This document shows positions 57,101-63,494 of a stretch of DNA of 64,000 nt, in pieces. Made by a program: the position numbers and the translations under genes. Positions within the stretch are counted from its first letter, which is position 1. Each line of letters begins with the position of its first letter. The stretch lies in contig NTJP01000007.1 in assembly GCA_002457145.1 (NCBI GenBank), forward strand, positions 28,425 through 92,424. The letters run 5' to 3'. This DNA comes from Marine Group II euryarchaeote MED-G38 (lineage in GTDB: Archaea > Thermoplasmatota > Poseidoniia > Poseidoniales > Thalassarchaeaceae). The notes below the pieces were generated by a model that was not told where the DNA came from, searched no databases, and saw only the letters and a list, made by a program, of their open reading frames with translations.

Positions 57101-58468
57101 AAGATTTGATCTATTCTCGTGGAAGTGGAGGAATAAATCAGCTCTATCATCAGCCCAATATTCTATTGTTGTAAGGCTCTTATCTCCTTCTAGTCCTGTT
57201 GAGGTTGGCAGTATAGCATCGGTTCTGATGATTATTTCTGCTTCTGAAGGTAATCTATCAGATTCCCCATTTGGATGGAATGTGGCATCAATATAAGCCA
57301 ATTCCCATACATTTCTGGTGCCATCATTATTAGGAGGAGAGAAGTGAATGTAACCTAAACCTACAGATACTCCACAATTTATTTCTTCAGATGGTAGTGT
57401 AGTTAATTCTGATGGAGAATATCTAGAAGGACAAGAGATTTGGCCGGCATTATTGACTCTAATAGAATATGGGGCAGATATAGAAGCAAATGAGATACCT
57501 GTCTCATCTTGGCCTATATCAATTAGCCCTAATGTCAATGCCAATATTAGCCCACTACTCGCTTCCGAAATATCGAAATAAAAACGTTCGATACCAATCT
57601 CTATAGAGAAATCATAGGGTGCTGTTGTAAATCTTGAATCTACTATCCAGATATAACTTTCACCATCTCCTAACGCTAAAACAGCATCATCGGCAGAATA
57701 AGCAAAGGCTTTAATTAAAGAAACTTGCAAAAATTTCAAACTATTCCAATCTGAATCATCGGCACTATCCTCTAGGACCTTTACGGTAAATGAAATTCCT
57801 GGTTCAATCCATAAAGAATCTCCTTCAATCCCCCAACCTCCGTTAAATTCCCATGAAACACTTAAACCGACTTGAATATCGTTATCTCCATCGTCGTCTA
57901 TATCGATTGAATGAAGCAGTGGATCAGTATTAAAATTAAACAAGGATAGTAGGGATGCGCTAAATGTTACAGTTTCAAACTGTTCAATGATATTGCCGTT
58001 GATGTCAGTATATTTTGTCCAAATTACATAATCTGTAACGTTGATTAAAGTTTGCCATATATTATTCACTTCTCCTGGCCTACTTGCACCGCTTATTGCC
58101 AAATCATAAGCATCAGGATGAGTAGGGACAGGCGGATTGGTTTCAATTAAAGATATGTTATTTACCCCTTGTCCGATGTTGGAAAGAGGGTCAGAATCGC
58201 CCGAAGGAGAAACCAAATTATCTATATTTTCAATTTTTGGCTCTGCTAAAGAACCTATCGAATTAGTATTTATTATATTCTGTCTTTCAGATAGAAGATT
58301 GCTTAAATCATCAAGAATTTCAAAATCATCAGATTCAATTCTTGCCTCAGCATCAACGTTAGTGAATGGTATCAATGAAGGTAATAAAAATAACAATGTA
58401 AGCACTATTGCAAGACGAGAAGGATCAAAATTAAATCGGGGAAAGATCATCCGGTTGTCCTTTCCCAT
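54089..58468 (-). CDS. Giant secreted protein of unknown function (1459 aa)
   Basis: An uninterrupted 4.4-kb ORF in an AT-rich genome is strong coding evidence. N-terminal hydrophobic signal LAIVLTLLFLLPSLIPFTNVDA. One DIDDDGDNDIQ Ca-binding-like motif. No catalytic or repeat family recognised and no C-terminal basic-flanked anchor. Confidence 0.6.
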   Translation of the reverse strand: MGKDNRMIFPRFNFDPSRLAIVLTLLFLLPSLIPFTNVDAEARIESDDFEILDDLSNLLSERQNIINTNSIGSLAEPKIENIDNLVSPSGDSDPLSNIGQGVNNISLIETNPPVPTHPDAYDLAISGASRPGEVNNIWQTLINVTDYVIWTKYTDINGNIIEQFETVTFSASLLSLFNFNTDPLLHSIDIDDDGDNDIQVGLSVSWEFNGGWGIEGDSLWIEPGISFTVKVLEDSADDSDWNSLKFLQVSLIKAFAYSADDAVLALGDGESYIWIVDSRFTTAPYDFSIEIGIERFYFDISEASSGLILALTLGLIDIGQDETGISFASISAPYSIRVNNAGQISCPSRYSPSELTTLPSEEINCGVSVGLGYIHFSPPNNDGTRNVWELAYIDATFHPNGESDRLPSEAEIIIRTDAILPTSTGLEGDKSLTTIEYWADDRADLFLHFHENRSNLPASESDGNYGNVTDSLGWFRGMPEGSMSPGEISRIFRMLGSENSPELPGGQPDRLGLIIGVKNFSRDTSPNVNDLTLPINPANPPNSLILIRSKQSIESLDYYSWFKRGGIQEDHRAIHVKATDIPTALIVYGSFEMGGSSDVDTSLDSASDLDFISKIVDSVILNLVDLFLDTGSVLNDVPTIIVDLLSGDTTSGSFDGASFHILMTNNWRSDRSMMPLNSIELAIGSSPHPKIEGDHLILSKDTDLTIIQGRNGPVEPLAPIAASLSFSGFMAASFVDNNETNEQKIDIFTDSDKQLVMSFIEHPSESIVNFSHHAISFSDLPNELSITISADSLHYSASSIIDTISYTGNEGNQYQAANIIDLPANFVQTFGNTVSWSSDTPITTIEAQISNSSTPVTMSGDHFLFHNNPANNQVSLSSRISGLKEVGWIEPQEEGAEGLAGMGTAYLNIANPNTMLFSVEKAPTNFDDKLSVKAEINPLPSSVSLKIPTGVNEGPSLIIPEFNTSQGLSGIASFIGGFSDLGRSMNDLLSDITTDISTGSGSESSNFSFGIELESDSEFDIVVESYHGNKRTENLPWVHGVSLEASPTGISDGFHLRLWMPRLPPSIELSISRDGFENQQEWSIYVDLDSWYPQHTELMLVMRGINGQDLFVTMKGLKVGEYTSLGLDSIITITTLGEITEVSTTSLYELSNRLEWIHVLLINREAGLRTEIMIKDIPESVELQASLGSAISIDMTVPEQFRTSEGFAVGSMMIQQMQWMDDLWWPATIFLTDIPGSMNLTTEPDLNFDITKDLAFQGTPILDFTASDVGMSLYIEAFGRAINSRGDIVLLAEGMTDKMIIKPTDSFGLQIRSGGDGVEKIYIRSSNIPTTPPIVIDEMEALGENLKSATIHIREIVYPYSVIEIDDVQGGRIIASARLHAEVNDRNIDLKGVLIDAQITGGIPTGTTFGINGLASDLSILSVIPGVSGSTSHIMAPEPLSSGILTVLTFLGGSNDGPT

Positions 58469-58554
58469 AACATCTCATACCCTATGTGTGATATATGCTA
58501 TTGCCTTTCTTGACCTACAAATATGCTGAGTTTTTGACCTTATATAAATCGCCG

Positions 58555-60765
58555 TCATAGAAGACTTACCTCTTCAATGGAACCACATTTTGGGCAAGCA
58601 GTTCGGGCAGAATCTATTCCTTCAGGAAGTTCTACAGAAAATAATAAATCACATGAAGAACAATTTTTCTTTATTAATCTATTAGATATATTTTCTTTTA
58701 ATTCATCTTTAATTCCTTCAGAATCAGAAATATCATCTATTAAATCTGAAAGTAGATCGTTGTCATCATTAGATGGATTGGGGATTGAATTCTGAGCATC
58801 TTCCAATAAACCTTCTAAATCGAAATCGGATAAATTGGTAATTTCATTATTTTTTGGTGCATAAGCATTTGGAGAGGTTTGTGCCCACATTTCTTTTTGC
58901 TCTTCAGGAGATGGTGGTTTAATTTCTTCAACTGGCTCCTCCTCTTTGGCTAATTCTTCAGCTCTAATTCTAATTCTTCTTTGTAATATTTTGAAAGAAA
59001 TTATGGATATTATTATCAAAAGTATTAATAATGAAATACCGATAAAAAGTGGATTTAAACTATTTTCTTCAGTTTTTACCTCCAAAACTGTCACAATTAT
59101 CTCAGCTTCCGAGGATAGTCCAACGTCATTTTGAGCAATACATATTACCCTTTGTACTCCTGGGATATCAAAATCATATTGAATTAATTTTCCATATAAT
59201 TGAGTTTCATCTTCTAGGCCTTGGTTAAATATCCATGAATATTGTATTTCAACCGATTCTTCATCAAATGCGGAGATTTCAAATGTCACTGGTTCACCTA
59301 AAGAAACTGAAATTTGACTTTCATAATCGTAAAATATAGGAGGAGATAAATCAGAAAGAATGACTTTTACACTATCGCTGGATTTCTTACCGGATTTATC
59401 TGTAACTATAAATTCAATATTGTGTTCACCAGATTGATAATTTGAGTCAAAACTGAAAGAAAAAGAAGAACTTATAGATTCTAAAATAGTGTAATTGCTT
59501 TGTTGTATTATTCCATCAACAAGCCATTCCGTGCGTTCAATACCCCAATTATCAGAAAATAATGCACTGATTAATATTGGTTGGTTGTATCCTTTCTGTA
59601 AATCCCCATTCACAGATATTGATACATTTGGGGGCGAATAATCCTGAATTTCTATTGGGATAGTAGTACTTGCAATTATTCCATCTGACGTGATAATGTT
59701 TAATTTTAGAGATGCATTATCCGGATTAGGCCACATGTAATCAAGAATTGGGCCAAAAAAATCAGGAATATCATCTTGATTGACATCCCAAGAATATCCA
59801 GATTCTGAGATTTGATTAGATCTATTGGGAGTATCTAATGCAGAAAATGAAATTAATTCACCAACATCATATGATTCTTGAAGATTCAGTGTAGATATTA
59901 CAGGATTTATTATTGGATTAAGAGTTACAGTAATAGTAGTCCCTGCGATAGTAGTGCCTGCACCTCCTCCTCCTGGCCCAGCTCTATTGTCAACAATCAC
60001 ATAGAGGTTTAGTCCTTCATATGATTCTGGTACCGACCATAATAAGACTCTTTCATCTGAAACTAAAAGCATATCTGCTTCAATTATTCTAGAAGCCGCA
60101 GTACCTCCATTTGAATAAAGATTTTTTTGATCTTCGGTCATAATGAAAATATCTGGATTTCCTTCCATTGTCCTAGCAAATATTTGTATGAAAGTTCCAG
60201 CATCGACAACGATAGGCCCTTCTGCTATTGAGAAACTACTAGTATCAACCTTAACTATAGAATCAAAAATAGTATATGTTTGTATATTTATTTCTTGTAC
60301 ATCAAACGATATTTCGACATCTGATTCTCCTTGGGCCCCCATTCCATCATCACCAGGGTGTGCAAAATTATCTAATATCATATACCATCTTGTTTTTTCT
60401 CTATCGTCAGGAACTGTCCAATGCCATTCTCCGTCTCCATTATAATTCTCAAAAACAGATTCTTGCTGCCAAATCATATCATTTCTATATGATTGTTCGT
60501 TCAAATAAACATCCAAAGAGTTGGCAGGAAAAAGAATTATATCTATTTCATCATTAGTTGAAATCTCAAAGGAAAATATTGTATTTGGCTCTAATTCACC
60601 TAAATCAACACGTATACAACTTTGTTGTTCGACTGTCCAGCTATCTGGCAAAGATGTTGTGTCAGTATTATTACAATTGGTTATAGCCTTTGATTCTGCA
60701 TGGATAAACGTAGCTGAAAGAAGTAAAATCAAGACAGCAAATATACTTCCGGGGCGCCATCTCAT
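58555..60765 (-). CDS. Type I surface protein with PKD/Ig-like modules and a cytoplasmic C-terminal zinc ribbon
   Basis: 736 aa. Signal peptide IFAVLILLLSATFIHAES. PKD-like segments (YSWDVNQDDIPDF, YSWIFNQG). TM LFIGISLLILLIIISIISF followed by RRIRIR. A 142-aa acidic tail ends in CSSC...(x19)...CPKC. Confidence 0.65.
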   Translation of the reverse strand: MRWRPGSIFAVLILLLSATFIHAESKAITNCNNTDTTSLPDSWTVEQQSCIRVDLGELEPNTIFSFEISTNDEIDIILFPANSLDVYLNEQSYRNDMIWQQESVFENYNGDGEWHWTVPDDREKTRWYMILDNFAHPGDDGMGAQGESDVEISFDVQEINIQTYTIFDSIVKVDTSSFSIAEGPIVVDAGTFIQIFARTMEGNPDIFIMTEDQKNLYSNGGTAASRIIEADMLLVSDERVLLWSVPESYEGLNLYVIVDNRAGPGGGGAGTTIAGTTITVTLNPIINPVISTLNLQESYDVGELISFSALDTPNRSNQISESGYSWDVNQDDIPDFFGPILDYMWPNPDNASLKLNIITSDGIIASTTIPIEIQDYSPPNVSISVNGDLQKGYNQPILISALFSDNWGIERTEWLVDGIIQQSNYTILESISSSFSFSFDSNYQSGEHNIEFIVTDKSGKKSSDSVKVILSDLSPPIFYDYESQISVSLGEPVTFEISAFDEESVEIQYSWIFNQGLEDETQLYGKLIQYDFDIPGVQRVICIAQNDVGLSSEAEIIVTVLEVKTEENSLNPLFIGISLLILLIIISIISFKILQRRIRIRAEELAKEEEPVEEIKPPSPEEQKEMWAQTSPNAYAPKNNEITNLSDFDLEGLLEDAQNSIPNPSNDDNDLLSDLIDDISDSEGIKDELKENISNRLIKKNCSSCDLLFSVELPEGIDSARTACPKCGSIEEVSLL

Positions 60766-60811
60766 TGACTAACCGTTTCGATACGCCTTTTGAATCGTAT
60801 CGTAATTACGT

Positions 60812-61786
60812 TCATTGCATATCATGCTCACGCCATGAATTTTGACTTTTTCTGAAGAGGTTTACCTTTCCATCATTAGATATGCGAAAAATATCGCCAT
60901 CATTACATGCAAAACTTTTTTGATGATTGATTCTGGATTCTTGTTCAATTAATTTAAAATCAATTATCCTAGGACTAAAATGTACCATGCCGAGAACTTG
61001 TGCATTGATATCAGAAGCTACCTTTCCTGCTTCCAGAGATGTCGAATGCCCATGTTCTCCGGCTTTCTCTGATAATTCATGTGTAAATGTTGCCTCATGA
61101 ATTAATAGATCTATGGGATTGTTCAATATTTCTTCTTTGAATCCTGGAACATTGTACTTAGTATCTCCAGATATCAAAACTCTTCTATCTGACTTTTCAG
61201 TACTTTCGATAAACCAAGCAACTGAAACAACGGTATGATTGGTAGGTATTGCGGTTAATTTTATTCCTTTTATTGGTTGGGTAATTAGATTATGAGGATT
61301 ATGTCCTATTATTGGAATTAGTATCCAATTAATTTTAAAAATATTTTTTGAAGAATTGTTTTCAATATGAGTGCGCCATTCTTTGAATAATAATGCAAAA
61401 TCTGATGGGTTTATATTAGAATTTGATGGAATATTGTCTCCATAATTATTTTCTACCCATCCAATTGCCTGGATAGTAGAAGGAGCGATTATTGTCAGTG
61501 GTTTAGTCCTACCATCCAACTGCATTGTTTTCAAAAGAGGTAGAAGGCCCCAGCAATGATCTAGATGTGAGTGAGTTAATAATATAACTTTTATTTTTGA
61601 AGCACGGGCTCTAATGCCTATAGGATTTTTTTTAAGATCTAATTCATGCTTAATCAAACGGCCTTGGAATCCTTCTCCACAGTCGATTATTAAGTTTCCA
61701 TGTGGCGTAGATAAATAATTACCTGAAACTGATCTTTTTCCTGTTGGACGTGAACCAGAAGTTCCCAATATGTGTAAATCAAACAT
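60812..61786 (-). CDS. rnz: Ribonuclease Z (tRNA 3' endonuclease), metallo-beta-lactamase fold
   Basis: ATG at 61786 (MFDLHILGTSGSRPT); the track uses TTG at 61795. IIDCGEGFQ, the HxHxDH motif LTHSHLDHCWGL and a C-terminal HFS. Confidence 0.85.
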   Translation of the reverse strand: MFDLHILGTSGSRPTGKRSVSGNYLSTPHGNLIIDCGEGFQGRLIKHELDLKKNPIGIRARASKIKVILLTHSHLDHCWGLLPLLKTMQLDGRTKPLTIIAPSTIQAIGWVENNYGDNIPSNSNINPSDFALLFKEWRTHIENNSSKNIFKINWILIPIIGHNPHNLITQPIKGIKLTAIPTNHTVVSVAWFIESTEKSDRRVLISGDTKYNVPGFKEEILNNPIDLLIHEATFTHELSEKAGEHGHSTSLEAGKVASDINAQVLGMVHFSPRIIDFKLIEQESRINHQKSFACNDGDIFRISNDGKVNLFRKSQNSWREHDMQ

Positions 61787-61805
61787 GTTAATCAAAAAAT
61801 GAGCA

Positions 61806-62060
61806 TCATAAATCCCGAGGTATTGGAGTTTTTGGAAACCATCTTAGAATGACTACATCGCCTATTGAACGTATCCAATGCCATGGTATTGAAACATGAA
61901 TTCTGCCCTCTACTAGTTCACTGGGAGGATTTGCAACAAATATATGGCTACATTTCCATCCATTAGTTTCTACAACTGCATCATTAACAGTACCGATGAC
62001 TCTGCCATCTGGAAGAATCACTGGAAGTCCTCGTATTTCAGAGAGGTAGTGGTCAACCAT
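61806..62060 (-). CDS. Stand-alone PRC-barrel domain protein (CdpB-like)
   Basis: 84 aa. LPVILPDGRVIGTVNDAVVE ... VSIPWHWIRSIGDVVIL follows the PRC-barrel pattern. The C-terminal IPW.WIRSIGDVVIL resembles what I recall of haloarchaeal CdpB proteins. Confidence 0.65.
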   Translation of the reverse strand: MVDHYLSEIRGLPVILPDGRVIGTVNDAVVETNGWKCSHIFVANPPSELVEGRIHVSIPWHWIRSIGDVVILRWFPKTPIPRDL

Positions 62061-62107
62061 CGATTAGACCGATGAGGTTCAAACCATCAATATGACGGAT
62101 GATATAA

Positions 62108-62695
62108 TCATTTTCCGCGATTTTTATTCGCCTTTAAGCTAGGACGGAGTTTTTCTGCTCCTTTTCCTTTGTTATGTAATCCTCGTCCTCTTTTACCAGC
62201 ACTTGTCTTTCCACGTTCTGCACGACCTTTGTGACTGTTTCCAGATGAAATCCAATTGTATTTTTTATCTGCTTGAATTACTGGATGATGAGGATCAAGC
62301 ATTATTACTTCGAAGAATTTATTCTTTCCATCTTCACCGACCCAATACGAATTTAGGACTTCTAAATTGGGATATCTTTTACTTGCCCTCTCTTCTGCTA
62401 TTCTTTGAGTAGATTTTGCCATTGTTATTTTAGTGATACCGGACTTTGAAGGTTTACGCTTCATATGAATTTTGCCTTTTCTAAGGCCTCCACGGCGTAT
62501 TCTTGTTCGAACTATAACCACACCTTGTTTAGCCTTGTAGCCCATTCTCCTAGCAGCATCAATTCGGGTTGGTTTATCGATTTTCTGAAAAACTGGATCT
62601 CTTCTCCATGAAGCCATTCTATCGATTCGATAACGACTTGGAATATTGGCTTTAGGTTGCTTCCAAACATTTCTAACATATTTATTTACACTCAT
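62108..62695 (-). CDS. rpl15e: 50S ribosomal protein L15e
   Basis: 195 aa. MSVNKYVRNVWKQPK...RPTRIDAARRMGYKAKQGVVIVRTRIRRGG is an unmistakable L15e pattern. Strong GGAGGTG RBS. Confidence 0.95.
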   Translation of the reverse strand: MSVNKYVRNVWKQPKANIPSRYRIDRMASWRRDPVFQKIDKPTRIDAARRMGYKAKQGVVIVRTRIRRGGLRKGKIHMKRKPSKSGITKITMAKSTQRIAEERASKRYPNLEVLNSYWVGEDGKNKFFEVIMLDPHHPVIQADKKYNWISSGNSHKGRAERGKTSAGKRGRGLHNKGKGAEKLRPSLKANKNRGK

Positions 62696-62735
62696 TTGTA
62701 CACCTCCTAGCGACTCGCCGACTTTACACTCCTTT

Positions 62736-63170
62736 ATGAGCCTACTTGCACTAGAAGGAATCGTGGACTCGGGTACTAGAGCCGTAATTCTCGCAGAACA
62801 CAGGATTTTAAAAGAGCATGAAGAAATTAAAGAAGATAACCTGAAAGTTAGAATAAAAAAAATGAAGAAGCGAGGATTTTACAAACCAATTATTGCTGAT
62901 TACAAAACTAATGTAATATTAGATGGGCATCATAAATGGAATGCTGCAAAAGAATTCGGCCTTTCTAAGGTACCTACAATATTTGTAGATTATAACGAAG
63001 AAGGAGTAAAAGTTGATGTATGGCCAAATTGTGGAAAGGATTCCATAACTAAAAAAGAAGTAATTGCAATGGGACTATCGGATAATGTATATCCTCCAAA
63101 AACTAGTAAGCACACATTTGATTTTGAAATACCAATTATATCAATTCCATTAGAATCTCTGCGAGAATAG
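62736..63170 (+). CDS. ParB/sulfiredoxin-fold domain protein
   Basis: 144 aa from the ATG at 62736 (track start 62646 would overlap rpl15e by 50 nt). ILDGHHKWNAAKEFGLSKVPTIFVDY is the ParB/Srx DGHH core. Function unknown. Confidence 0.55.
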   Translation: MSLLALEGIVDSGTRAVILAEHRILKEHEEIKEDNLKVRIKKMKKRGFYKPIIADYKTNVILDGHHKWNAAKEFGLSKVPTIFVDYNEEGVKVDVWPNCGKDSITKKEVIAMGLSDNVYPPKTSKHTFDFEIPIISIPLESLRE

Positions 63171-63284
63171 TGGTCCGAGCTCCCGGACTTGAACCGGGGA
63201 CCCCCTGATGGCCATTTGGCCAACAACCGAAGTTGTTATTTCCAGTCTACAGTCAGGTGCTCTAGCCAACTGAGCTAAGCTCGG
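63171..63284 (-). tRNA. tRNA-Tyr (anticodon GUA) with a 37-nt intron at the canonical 37/38 position, CCA encoded
   Basis: Folded by hand. Acceptor CCGAGCT/AGCTCGG (C1:G72, A73, the archaeal Tyr identity pair). D arm GCTC-AGTTGGCTA-GAGC. Anticodon stem CCTGA/TCAGG with loop CTGTAGA after removing 37 nt. Variable loop GGGTC. T arm CCCGG-TTCAAGT-CCGGG. 3' CCA. Confidence 0.85.
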
Positions 63285-63494
63285 ATATTATAGACGAGCG
63301 TACCTTACCTTATCTTGCTTTCCGGTGTTATGTAATTAATTATAGTTGAAATATTTTTTTAATATATGTAAATTCATTTATTCGGTTGGAAAAAATGAGT
63401 CAACAAAACTGCCTCTACTATGTCGGATCTCCCTCAACTATTAAGAAGGGAAAGATAACTCTGTTGAATTGTAAGGCAGTAATGCCGGGGATGC
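63285..63494. promoter_or_regulatory. AT-rich divergent spacer between tRNA-Tyr and ftsZ with TATA-like elements
   Basis: TTTAATATA at 63358-63366 (plus strand, about 130 nt upstream of the ftsZ ATG). CTATAATTAATTA lies on the minus strand at about 63331-63345, upstream of the tRNA. No experimental support. Confidence 0.3.

Noticed and set aside
62646-62735. A 30-codon N-terminal extension of the ParB-fold ORF as given in the track.
   Set aside because: It would overlap rpl15e and its GGAGGTG RBS by 50 nt on the opposite strand. The internal ATG at 62736 gives a compact domain-sized protein.
62990-63226. A 78-aa minus-strand ORF.
   Set aside because: It overlaps both the ParB-fold CDS (antisense) and the 3' half of tRNA-Tyr. 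The tRNA fold explains the sequence.
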